A DNA stretch of 64,000 nucleotides from Planctomycetota bacterium (GTDB taxonomy: Bacteria; Planctomycetota; UBA1135; UBA2386): contig OZ245006.1 in the NCBI GenBank assembly GCA_965223545.1, positions 2,944,001-3,008,000 of the forward strand, read 5' to 3'. Position numbers and translations under genes: made by a program. The notes under the pieces were generated by a model that worked only from the letters and a program-made list of their open reading frames with translations, did no database searches and was not told the origin of the DNA. Below, piece by piece: positions 19,463 to 28,253 of the stretch (its first letter is position 1; the number at the start of each line of letters is the position of its first letter).

Positions 19463-22273
19463 ATGAGGATCTCCACACGCAAGCGCCTCGTGAGCACTCT
19501 GTCCGCAACCATCTGGATCGCGGCCGCGTCCCTCACCGCACAGCACAAGGTCACCTTCGAGCTCACTGGGACTTTCTCGGGAGACGGATGCGGCTACAGC
19601 GTCGCGTTCGCCGGTGACCTCAACGGTGACGGAGTCGGCGACCTGTTCGTGGGCTATAGGGCGATCCGCCGGGTACGCGGAATCTCGGGAAGAGATGGCC
19701 AAATCCTCTGGACCGCGGTCGGTCCCGACTCGTTCGGTCACACCATCGCAGCACTCGGCGACATTTCGGGGGATGGCATCACGGACGCCGCCGTTGGCGC
19801 ACCGGACGCCGACGTGGCCGGAGCCAACTCGGGCCAGGTGTCGGTAATCTCCGGGGCCGACGGCAGCATCTTGCAGGCAGGGATCTTCCCGTTCCGGGCG
19901 CCGATGGTCTGGAACGGTGGAGCGATCGGCGACCAGTTCGGTTGGGCACTCACCGCTTCGGACCTGACCGGCGACGGTTGCCGAGACGTCGTCGTCGGCG
20001 CACCGAGAGCCGACACGGCTTCGTTCGATGTTGGGTTCGTCACGGTGTTCGACTCCAAGTCCGGATCGAGGCTGTTCACTCACTACGGCAACGTGGCGGG
20101 CGAGCGACTGGGTCACTCCGTCGCCGAGCTCGGCGATGCGAACGGCGATGGCAGTCCGGAGCTGCTCGCCGGGGCGCCGCGCTACGATGGCGGCCCGGGC
20201 CCGGAGGTCGGTCGCGTTCAGATTCTGAAATGGAGCTCCGCCGGCGGAAGCCAAGTGGACGCCACCTACGTCGGCCAAACCGCTGGCGAACGCTTCGGAT
20301 CGACCGTAGCCGGCGTCGGGGACGTGGAGATCCCCAGCTTCCCGGCAATCGGCAGGGACGGGGCGCCCGACTTCCTAGTCGGCTCACCGACATTCGGCGC
20401 ATCCAACGAAGGCCGTGCGTACCTGTTCTCCGGGAAGCCGGTCTTGACAATCACCCCCGCGAGCTTCAGTCCGTCCAACGCGGGATCCGGGTTCGGGACG
20501 AGGATGCTCGCAATCGGCGACTTCGACATCGACTCCGTCCCGGACTACGCGATCAGCGCGACCAATACGGACCACCACGGCTTGGATTCAGGATCAGTCT
20601 ACGTCTACTCCGGCTCCACTGCCCAGGTGATCGCGCTTCTCAATGGAGACGAACCGCAAGACCGGTTCGGCTGGGCACTGGCCGCGGGAGAGCGCTACTC
20701 GGGCGGTCCCGAGCTGTTCGTGGGAGTCCCATTCTCCGATGTCCCACAGGTCGGTGCGGGCATGGTGCGAGGTTTCGACCCGCTGGCTCTCGATGCATAT
20801 ATAGGTATCCGGTACGTCACGCAGTGCTCGTTGATCTGCCCGCCCATCTCTTTCCCCGGGGGCCCATCGCTCACCAGCACCCTCCGAGACGTCGACCGCG
20901 ATGGGCATGACGAGATCGTCACGGCGCACAACACCTTCATCGGAAGCGTGTCGGCGCAAACGAGCACGTATCTCTGGAGCACAACGGGAGCATCATCGTG
21001 GAGCGCTCTTGCGACCGTGGGCGACGTGGATGGGGACGGGCTGGACGACCTGCTCGCGTCCTCCGTTGGTGGCGGGTATGCGCGAGTTCTGTGCGGAGTC
21101 ACTGGGTCCCAGTTGCACGACATCCCCGCGACCTCGGCGTTCGTCAATTTCGGCGAGCGAGTGTTCGCGACCGGCGACGTCGACGGAGACGGCCACGCCG
21201 ACTTCGGATTGACGACGCACCCTTTCGCCAGCCCAAGCACCACAACGCGAATTCACATCTACTCCGGGCGAACCGGCAACTACATGTGGGGGATTGTGAT
21301 TGCCGCGCCGGACACGCCTGTCGCCGGAATCGACGACACGGACGGCGATGGCCTACCAGAGATCGCTGTATGGGATGGCACCACGCTGACAGTTTGGGAC
21401 GGCCGGACGGCGATTGCTCTTGTGTCCGCATCGATGCCAGGTCCGGTTCACGAGATCGAGGGCGTCGGCGACGTGAATGGGGACGGCATTGGCGATCTCG
21501 CCGTTCTCAGCGACCTCGAGGTCTGGGTACTCTCTGGAGCGAACCTCGGCCGCATCTGGGGATCGAGGGGGCGCGCGTTCGGCAAGGGCGATCGAATCCG
21601 CCGTGCCGGAGATCACAACGGCGATGGTCGGCCCGATGTGCTGGTCGGTTCGCCCAAGCTCAACTTCGTGCGCATCCAGTCGGGCATCGACGGGACCGAC
21701 CTGCTCGTGTTGACCGAGAGGTGGGCCTTCCACACCGGAATCGATCTCTCCGCGGGCGACGTATCGGGGGACGGCCGTCCGGACGTGGTTCTCGGCCATC
21801 GCATGCTCGACCCCTACACCAACTGGCTCCGCTCGATCATCGCGGTACCGACCGAGCTGAGCGGCACACCACCGCGCACCCCTCACCGCGGGATCAGCTG
21901 TTCCGGCACCGGCGGCATCCCGCGACTCGACGCACGTCCCCGACCGAGCCTCGGCACAACCGTCGACGTCTGGCTGCGCGCCGCACCGCCAAGCACCGCC
22001 GCTACCCTGCTTTTGGGCAGCCCGACGTTGCTCGATCTGACGGGCCTCGGCGCTCCTGGTTGCTTGCTCTTCGTCGATCTCTCCACTGCGGCACAACTCG
22101 TCACAACGACCAGCGGGCAAGGCACCACGAGCCAGCCAATCCCGATCCCCGTGACCTCCGCTCTCGTCGGCGCCAGTGTCACAGCGCAGTGGGCAATCGT
22201 CGACCCGCCGGCGAACAGCCTGGGCATCACGTCATCGGAAGCCCGCGACCTCGTCATTGGAGAACTTCGCTGA
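19463..22273 (+). CDS. Secreted FG-GAP/integrin-alpha repeat protein, paralog 2
   Basis: Collinear with 14360-17236 (QHKVTFE..G..SGDGCGYS, LQAGIFPFRAPM.WNG); same C-terminal domain. Confidence 0.88.
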   Translation: MRISTRKRLVSTLSATIWIAAASLTAQHKVTFELTGTFSGDGCGYSVAFAGDLNGDGVGDLFVGYRAIRRVRGISGRDGQILWTAVGPDSFGHTIAALGDISGDGITDAAVGAPDADVAGANSGQVSVISGADGSILQAGIFPFRAPMVWNGGAIGDQFGWALTASDLTGDGCRDVVVGAPRADTASFDVGFVTVFDSKSGSRLFTHYGNVAGERLGHSVAELGDANGDGSPELLAGAPRYDGGPGPEVGRVQILKWSSAGGSQVDATYVGQTAGERFGSTVAGVGDVEIPSFPAIGRDGAPDFLVGSPTFGASNEGRAYLFSGKPVLTITPASFSPSNAGSGFGTRMLAIGDFDIDSVPDYAISATNTDHHGLDSGSVYVYSGSTAQVIALLNGDEPQDRFGWALAAGERYSGGPELFVGVPFSDVPQVGAGMVRGFDPLALDAYIGIRYVTQCSLICPPISFPGGPSLTSTLRDVDRDGHDEIVTAHNTFIGSVSAQTSTYLWSTTGASSWSALATVGDVDGDGLDDLLASSVGGGYARVLCGVTGSQLHDIPATSAFVNFGERVFATGDVDGDGHADFGLTTHPFASPSTTTRIHIYSGRTGNYMWGIVIAAPDTPVAGIDDTDGDGLPEIAVWDGTTLTVWDGRTAIALVSASMPGPVHEIEGVGDVNGDGIGDLAVLSDLEVWVLSGANLGRIWGSRGRAFGKGDRIRRAGDHNGDGRPDVLVGSPKLNFVRIQSGIDGTDLLVLTERWAFHTGIDLSAGDVSGDGRPDVVLGHRMLDPYTNWLRSIIAVPTELSGTPPRTPHRGISCSGTGGIPRLDARPRPSLGTTVDVWLRAAPPSTAATLLLGSPTLLDLTGLGAPGCLLFVDLSTAAQLVTTTSGQGTTSQPIPIPVTSALVGASVTAQWAIVDPPANSLGITSSEARDLVIGELR

Positions 22274-22364
22274 GCCTCAGGGTCCGCAAATCTTCGCGCG
22301 GCGACAACCTTTCGGAAGGCTCGATGCCGCTGGAACTTCGACAACGCAGCTCCCGGAAGCTCGG

Positions 22365-22472
22365 AGAGACAGTGCCTCCGGGCTCAGCGCGACGGCGGAT
22401 GGGGCAGATGTTCCAAACCTCTCCGGCAAGGGCGGCATCCGAGCTTGGTTGCGGCTGAGGCCGCGCTGAGCC
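22365..22472 (-). repeat. ~105 bp structured MITE/REP-like element, copy A
   Basis: Perfect 11 bp inverted repeat at 22381-22391/22462-22472; both ends resemble the insertion at 27881-27987. Confidence 0.6.
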
Positions 22473-22506
22473 TGCTGCTCCAAAACTGCACTGCAAGGCA
22501 AGAACC

Positions 22507-23967
22507 ATGAAACACGACCTCTCACTCCGCCACATCTCGGTCGCGGCCTCACGCTGCCTTTGGCTCACAGGGATGGCCAGCGCCACTGTTGCTCAAGTGA
22601 TCCCATCGTGGAACCAGATTACTCCCCCAACCACACCGTCCTTCGCCACCCACGCGGGCTTCGCATATGATTCGTTGCGCAAGGTCGCCGTGCGTTTCGG
22701 CGGCTCCAATCCGTCGCTCATCCCGAACGCCAGGCGAGAGACCTGGGAATGGAATGGAGCCGATTGGACGCGCATCTTCCCTGCCACATCTCCGTCCGCT
22801 CGAGCGGCGCCGGCAATGGCCTACGAGAGCGCTCGCGGCAGAGTGCTGTTGTTCGGCGGCTCCGAGCAGTTCACCAAGAGCGACGAGACCTGGGCGTTGG
22901 ACGGTTCCAACTGGACGCAACTGCTCCCCGCCAATCGACCGAGCAAGCGCGATACCGCCATGGTTTACGACTCCTGGCGCGACGTCGTCGTTCTGTTCGG
23001 CGGTCAGGACTACCCGGCTTTCTACAACGACACATGGGAGTTTGACGGGAACGACTGGACCAAGCGGACGCCCACGATCAGCCCGCCCCTGCGGGGCTTT
23101 CACGCCATGGCGTTCGATCCCTCGCGCGGCGTCACGGTGATGTTCGGTGGGACCGACTTCAACAACAGCCCTTCCTCCCAGACGTGGGAATGGGACGGCA
23201 ACGAATGGGCACTGAGAGTCCCGATGACGAGTACTCCTCCCGCCAGAGTCAATCACGCCATGGCGTACGACTTCACGAGCCGCCGCGTCGTAATCCTCGG
23301 CGGCAGAGACACCTTCGGCGGCGGCAACTGGAAGGGCGACTCCTGGGCGTGGGACGGTATGGACTGGATTCCGGTCTCGACCAATGGAGTCACGGTTCGA
23401 GAGGGAGCGGTGATGGCGACCGACTGCAGCCGCGGAACTGTCGTCATGCACGGCGGGAATGCAGGTTTCAGCTATCGCACCGACACTTGGGAACTGGGGA
23501 CCCCGGTCGCGGGACCCTGCGCTGGGCCGCCTGCGACAGGGAGCGTCACATCGATCGGCAGCGGCTGCGCAGGCTCGAGCGGTGGCGTCCCGACGGTCGA
23601 CTCTCCCGGTGTTGCGGTCCCCACCGTCGGTAGCACACTGACGCTCGAGATCACTGGCGGGCCCGTCGGCGCGCTGCACAACTACCTCTTCGTGCTGGGC
23701 AACTCGAACTCGTCGTGGGGCGCGATCCCACTCCCGCTCGCGCTCGCCCCGTTTGGTGCGCCGGGATGCACGCTTTGGACGAGCATCGATCTCGCCGTCG
23801 TCGGTTCCGTCAGCGGCGGCGCCGCGTCGGTCAGCCTCGGCGTCCCAGCCCTCAGCGCGCTGGTGGGTGGAGTCGTCTACTGCGGTGGAGTCATCACCGA
23901 CCCCGGGCACAACCCGCTCGGTTTGATCGCAACCAACGGACTCGCCTTGAGCATCGGCACTCCATAG
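22507..23967 (+). CDS. Secreted kelch-like beta-propeller protein
   Basis: Repeats MAYD..R..VVLFGG...DTWEWDG..W; C-terminal GSGCAG...GAPGC...DPGHNPLG domain. Confidence 0.85.
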   Translation: MKHDLSLRHISVAASRCLWLTGMASATVAQVIPSWNQITPPTTPSFATHAGFAYDSLRKVAVRFGGSNPSLIPNARRETWEWNGADWTRIFPATSPSARAAPAMAYESARGRVLLFGGSEQFTKSDETWALDGSNWTQLLPANRPSKRDTAMVYDSWRDVVVLFGGQDYPAFYNDTWEFDGNDWTKRTPTISPPLRGFHAMAFDPSRGVTVMFGGTDFNNSPSSQTWEWDGNEWALRVPMTSTPPARVNHAMAYDFTSRRVVILGGRDTFGGGNWKGDSWAWDGMDWIPVSTNGVTVREGAVMATDCSRGTVVMHGGNAGFSYRTDTWELGTPVAGPCAGPPATGSVTSIGSGCAGSSGGVPTVDSPGVAVPTVGSTLTLEITGGPVGALHNYLFVLGNSNSSWGAIPLPLALAPFGAPGCTLWTSIDLAVVGSVSGGAASVSLGVPALSALVGGVVYCGGVITDPGHNPLGLIATNGLALSIGTP

Positions 23968-23994
23968 CAACAGCGCTGATCCTCCTCGTGAACC

Positions 23995-26900
23995 CTACCG
24001 ACCCGTTCGCGGCCAGTCGAAGTCAACCATCGTCCGAAGCTCGAGTCCGGAACCCGGCAACGCCATGGCCATCGCCGACCAATCCCGCGTCATCGCGAAA
24101 GGCCCCCGCCGCCGCTCTTCGGGGAACAGCTCGAGGAACAGTCTGCCGTCCCGCAGTTCGAGGAGCCGTGGCCGCTCGTTCCAGCCAGCAGTCAGGACAC
24201 GCGATCGATCCGGAGAAACATCGAGGAACGAAATGCCACTCGTGTGGACCATCGTGCGGTAGACGTAGTTCCCGGCTTCCGTCGAAAACATAGCGACCGA
24301 GCCATCCCCGAGGCCCGCCAACAGACGCGTGTCATCAACGAAGCAGAGGTGGTTCACGGTGGCGTCGAGCTGCGGAGCCCGCAAGAGGATCGCGAGGCTC
24401 ACCGGATCCCGCAAGCACACCGACCCATCGTAGGCGCCGGTCGCGACACCGCCTCCGTCGGGGCGAAGAGCGATACTGGAAAGGCGACCCTGCGCGCTGT
24501 CGTGCCGGCGGATCTTCGAACCCCGATCGCGAACCTCGAAGAGTCCTCCACCGTGACCAACGACCAGCAGGCTACTGCCGTCACGCCGCCACTCGCAGTC
24601 CATCAGCCTCTCGCCACCGAGCTCCAGCTCCGCGAGAAGCTCGCTTCGAGGGAACGTACGAATCGACAGGCGGCCCTCCGCCCCCACCGCCGCGAAACGG
24701 TCGTCCGACGGGCTGACGGCGAGATCCATCACACGCCCCAGCGCCGGAGCGAGCTCGACGATGCGCTCGCCGGAATCGACTCGCCAAACCGCGACTTCCC
24801 CGCCTCGGCCTGCTGAAGCCAAGTACCGACCCGCGGATCCGAACGCCAACCGGTCGACAAACGGCTCGTGCGCGGCGGTCACACGCCATTGCGCTGGATG
24901 CCGCTTCCATACCCGAACACTGTCTCGACCTGCCGAGACAAGGCGATCGCCGCGTGGGTCAATTGCGCACGCATCAATCGCCCCGCGATGCCCGGCAAAG
25001 ACCTGTAGAAGCTGCCCGGTATGGGCGTCGAACAGCCCCAGACGCCGCAGGCCAGCTACAAAGAGCTCGCTCCCGTTTTCAGACAAGGCCATCCCACGCA
25101 CCCAGTGTGAGATCGAAGGCAAAGTCTCGAGGAGGATCCCAGAGGCCGTCGACCAACAGCGGACGTAGCCGTCCCAACCTCCAGTGAACAAGCGCTCTCC
25201 ATCGCGGCTGAAACAGAGGGCCGCAACAACCTCGCTGTGGGCGGACCATTCTGCGAACACATCGCCGGTCGCGACATCGACGAGGACGACTGTCCCATTG
25301 CTCGTTCCTGCAGCCAAGGTGGCCCCGTTCTCCGAGAGAGCTAGCGACCTCACGTCGCTGGTCGAGAACTGGCGCCGACTGCCGTCTCGCAGGTCGAACT
25401 CTGCGATTGCACCGACTCTTGTCGTGGTGAACAGCCTGTCGCCGTCTCCGGAGAACACCATTGTGACCGCGCCCCTGTCGAGGCTGACGACGGGACGCAT
25501 GGTAGCGACCTCGTACACTACGCCTGGCTCCTCCCGAGCCGAGTGGGCCGCGTAACGGCTGCCGGGCGAGATTCTCAGAGCGGAGAGCGGTAGGGGATCG
25601 GCCGGAGCAAATACCGTCGTCGATTCGCCTGATTCGATGTCGAGAGCGTCGACTCGGTCCGGCCGAAGGACTAGAAGCGTTCCGTCCTCCCGATAATCCA
25701 GACGCAGGTCGTAGCCTCCCTCTGAGACGGATCGGCCGCGGTTGGCCATTCGCTGCAGGAACGACCACTCCCAGCCACGCATGGACTCGGGGCACGCCTG
25801 CATCAGTTCGTCGAAGTAGATTAAATCGCCCTCCCGCACTGCCTTCTGCGCGAGAGAGATCGAGTGCCGGTAGGCGGCTCGCTGTGCCAAAGCCGCGTTC
25901 GCATCGGCGCGATTCCGCGCTTCGCGCGCGTTCATGAATGCAATGACGAGAGCGATGGTTGCGACCGTCAGGACCAAACCCATAGCCGCCACCAACCCGA
26001 AGAATCGCCAATGGCGCGCCAAGGTCTTTCGCAGGACGTAGCCGGGGTGATCGCGGCGCGCCTCGATGGGCTCACCGACCAGGTGGCGTCTCAAGTCCTC
26101 GGCAAGCTCACGAGCCGTTTGGTAGCGTCGATCGAGGTCTTTCTCGATCGCACGATGCACGATGACTTCGACATCGCCACGCAGCGACCAATCCCGCGAG
26201 GAGATCCGTACCGGGTCCTGCTCGATGATTGCTCGGGGGATCGCGAAGAAGGTCGTGTCGTCGTCGAGGCGATACGGCAGCTCGCCGGTCAGGAGCTCGT
26301 AGAGCACCACACCGAGCGCGTACACGTCGGAGCGCGCATCCACCAGAGCCGCTTCGCCCCGACACTGCTCCGGGCTCATGTAGCGCGGTGTACCGACCAT
26401 CATGCCGGGACGTGTGTGCATCGTCGCGGCGCCGCCATCGGACTCAGCACATCGCGCCACGCCGAAATCGATGACTTGAACTCGGCCGTGGCCATCGACC
26501 AGCAAGTTGCCGGGCTTGAGATCGCGGTGCACGACCGCGCGAGTGTGGCCGTACTGCACAGCGTCGCAGACCTGACGCATCAGAGCGATCCGCGCGTTCG
26601 TCGAAAGCTGGGCGCGCTGTGCGTACTCGGTGATCGGTAGCGCGCCATGCACCAGCCGCATCACGATGTACGGCAAGACTGCACCCGCCACCTCGTGCGT
26701 TCCGGCGTCATGGATCTGTACGATGTTCGGGTGATCAAGCCGCGCCAACACCTCCGCCTCGGCGAGGAATCGACGCCGCGACTCCGAGTGAGCCAGGGCA
26801 AGGCCCAGAACTTTGATCGCCACCCGCAACTTGGGGTGATCCCGCTCGGCTTCGTAGACCGTGCCCATGCCCCCCGAGGCAATCAGGCGGATCAACCGGT

Positions 26901-27132
26901 AGCGGCCGATGCGCTCGCCCAAGAACCTCGTCTCCGACGCACCCTGGGTCGACGCCTCGGGCCGCGGGACAATCTCAATCTCCAGTCGGTCCGCCGCCAG
27001 CAAGCGCAGCACTTGGCGGCGGAGGTCTTCGTCCCCTCCACAGGCCTCGGCCAGAAACGGCTCTCGCGTCGCGGGAGGTCGTTTCAACGCCTCCTCAAAC
27101 AGGCTCCGCGCGCGACGGGCTTCGTCAACCAC
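23995..27132 (-). CDS. Hanks-type Ser/Thr kinase with TM segment and WD40 repeats
   Basis: GGMGTVY, VAIK, HRDLKPGN, IDFG, GTPRYMSPE, DVYALG; TM; WD40 repeats. GTG overlaps the sigma stop codon. Confidence 0.93.
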   Translation of the reverse strand: MVDEARRARSLFEEALKRPPATREPFLAEACGGDEDLRRQVLRLLAADRLEIEIVPRPEASTQGASETRFLGERIGRYRLIRLIASGGMGTVYEAERDHPKLRVAIKVLGLALAHSESRRRFLAEAEVLARLDHPNIVQIHDAGTHEVAGAVLPYIVMRLVHGALPITEYAQRAQLSTNARIALMRQVCDAVQYGHTRAVVHRDLKPGNLLVDGHGRVQVIDFGVARCAESDGGAATMHTRPGMMVGTPRYMSPEQCRGEAALVDARSDVYALGVVLYELLTGELPYRLDDDTTFFAIPRAIIEQDPVRISSRDWSLRGDVEVIVHRAIEKDLDRRYQTARELAEDLRRHLVGEPIEARRDHPGYVLRKTLARHWRFFGLVAAMGLVLTVATIALVIAFMNAREARNRADANAALAQRAAYRHSISLAQKAVREGDLIYFDELMQACPESMRGWEWSFLQRMANRGRSVSEGGYDLRLDYREDGTLLVLRPDRVDALDIESGESTTVFAPADPLPLSALRISPGSRYAAHSAREEPGVVYEVATMRPVVSLDRGAVTMVFSGDGDRLFTTTRVGAIAEFDLRDGSRRQFSTSDVRSLALSENGATLAAGTSNGTVVLVDVATGDVFAEWSAHSEVVAALCFSRDGERLFTGGWDGYVRCWSTASGILLETLPSISHWVRGMALSENGSELFVAGLRRLGLFDAHTGQLLQVFAGHRGAIDACAIDPRGDRLVSAGRDSVRVWKRHPAQWRVTAAHEPFVDRLAFGSAGRYLASAGRGGEVAVWRVDSGERIVELAPALGRVMDLAVSPSDDRFAAVGAEGRLSIRTFPRSELLAELELGGERLMDCEWRRDGSSLLVVGHGGGLFEVRDRGSKIRRHDSAQGRLSSIALRPDGGGVATGAYDGSVCLRDPVSLAILLRAPQLDATVNHLCFVDDTRLLAGLGDGSVAMFSTEAGNYVYRTMVHTSGISFLDVSPDRSRVLTAGWNERPRLLELRDGRLFLELFPEERRRGPFAMTRDWSAMAMALPGSGLELRTMVDFDWPRTGR

Positions 27133-27694
27133 CTTGACCCGCTGCGATGTCGAGCCGCGGATCGTCGCCGAACATCTCGTTGTAGAGCCAGGCCCGAGCA
27201 AACCGCCAATCGCGCTCGATCGTCGCGCTGCCCACCGACAAGTGCTGCGCGACTTGCTCGATGGTCAAACCCGCAAAGAATCTCAGCTCGACGACCCTGG
27301 CCGCCCGCGACTCCTCGCGCTCGAGCCTGTCCAGCGCATCGTGTAGCTCGACCACGTCGACATCGCGCCGCGCATCGGCGAGAAGCTGAGTCGCGAGCGA
27401 TACGCGGTGCCGGTCACCACCTCGTTTGTCGCGCTGCCGGCCGCGGGCGTGGTCGACGAGCACGCGGCGGAGTGCGCGCGCCGCCGTCGCCGCAAAATGG
27501 GTTGCATCACGCCAGCGACAACCTTGGCTCTCCGCCAATCGGATGTAGGCCTCGTTGACGAGACCGGTGGCGTCCAGGGTGTGATCCCGCCGCTCGTCGC
27601 CCATCAACCGGCGCGCGGCTGAGCGAAGATCTTCGTAGATCTGCGCCATCAGAGCATTGGTCTCGGATCGGTTGGGAACGGTAGATTCTGGCAC
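27125..27694 (-). CDS. ECF sigma factor, TIGR02999/ECF43-like (kinase-associated)
   Basis: YEDLRSAA...HTLDATGLVNEAYIRL, LVDHAR...KRGG, VELRFFAGL...TIERDWRFARAWL. Confidence 0.92.
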   Translation of the reverse strand: MPESTVPNRSETNALMAQIYEDLRSAARRLMGDERRDHTLDATGLVNEAYIRLAESQGCRWRDATHFAATAARALRRVLVDHARGRQRDKRGGDRHRVSLATQLLADARRDVDVVELHDALDRLEREESRAARVVELRFFAGLTIEQVAQHLSVGSATIERDWRFARAWLYNEMFGDDPRLDIAAGQGG

Positions 27695-27796
27695 GGGGGC
27701 GATTCTACTCGGCTGGCCACTGCGAAGAGCGCGGCTACGAGACACCCGACAGGAAGGGCTCACCGCTTCGCCTCAAGATTCACGGACATCTTGATC

Positions 27797-27822
27797 GCGA
27801 CAGAACTCACCGATGTCCATCA
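27797..27822 (-). promoter_or_regulatory. Candidate ECF promoter TGATGG-N11-TTC-N3-CGC, copy 3 (upstream of the sigma gene)
   Basis: Minus strand reads TGATGG acatcggtgag TTC tgt CGC, about 100 nt upstream of the sigma GTG. Confidence 0.45.
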
Positions 27823-27842
27823 CGCGATTGGGTCAGTTTTTT

Positions 27843-28253
27843 ACGCACACCTTCGCGCTGGCCGAGGCAACGGCCGCTCAGCGCGGCCGGGGCCGCAACC
27901 AAACACGGAGCATTCCGCGACCCGAGCGTCGGTCGCGGGTCCCGCGGTCGCCGGCGGCCGCCCTGAGCCCAGAGGCCAGTGTTGTTTTCGAGCCCTCGAG
28001 GCCCGCGAGCTGGTCGGCCCGACGGTCCTGCTGGCGTAGACGACCCGGCGTCGAACACCGCGCCCCGCTTCAGCGCGGCGCGGGCTCGAGGTCGTCGATC
28101 TGCTGCAGGTACGCCACCAGGTCGTGCAGCTGCTTGACGTTCAACGCCGCCATCGCGCCGTGCCGGCCATTCTTGTTGCGGTCGCGGATCACGTGCATCA
28201 GGGTCGGCGCCGAGCCGTCGTGGAGGTAGGGAGCCGTCGCCCAAAGACCGCGA
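27843..28253 (+). repeat. Right copy of the direct duplication (interrupted qor 3' remnant plus intact 3' end of the 28070-31651 gene)
   Basis: Matches 14067-14291; carries a 107 bp insertion at 27881-27987. Confidence 0.95.
27881..27987 (+). repeat. ~105 bp structured MITE/REP-like element, copy B
   Basis: Absent from the left duplicate, which gives the empty site GCTCA^TCGAGC; 13/14 inverted repeat at 27876-27889/27955-27968; internal 8 bp stem at 27915-27922/27931-27938. Confidence 0.7.

Larger units (their letters stand above)
14292..27842. mobile_element. Putative ~13.5 kb genomic island without integrase or transposase
   Basis: Lies exactly between the two copies of the duplication, separating two convergent genes; visibly more A/T-ending codons than the flanks (not quantified). 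Confidence 0.75.

Noticed and set aside
22322..22347. CGATGC-N17-CGC upstream of the kelch gene as a fourth ECF motif
   Set aside because: Only 4/6 at the first box, TTC is misplaced, and CGC is very common.
22268..22473. 10 bp direct repeat CGCTGAGCCT as the TSD of a ~190 bp insertion
   Set aside because: The second copy is part of the mini-element's inverted repeat and no empty site is available, so it cannot be told from chance.
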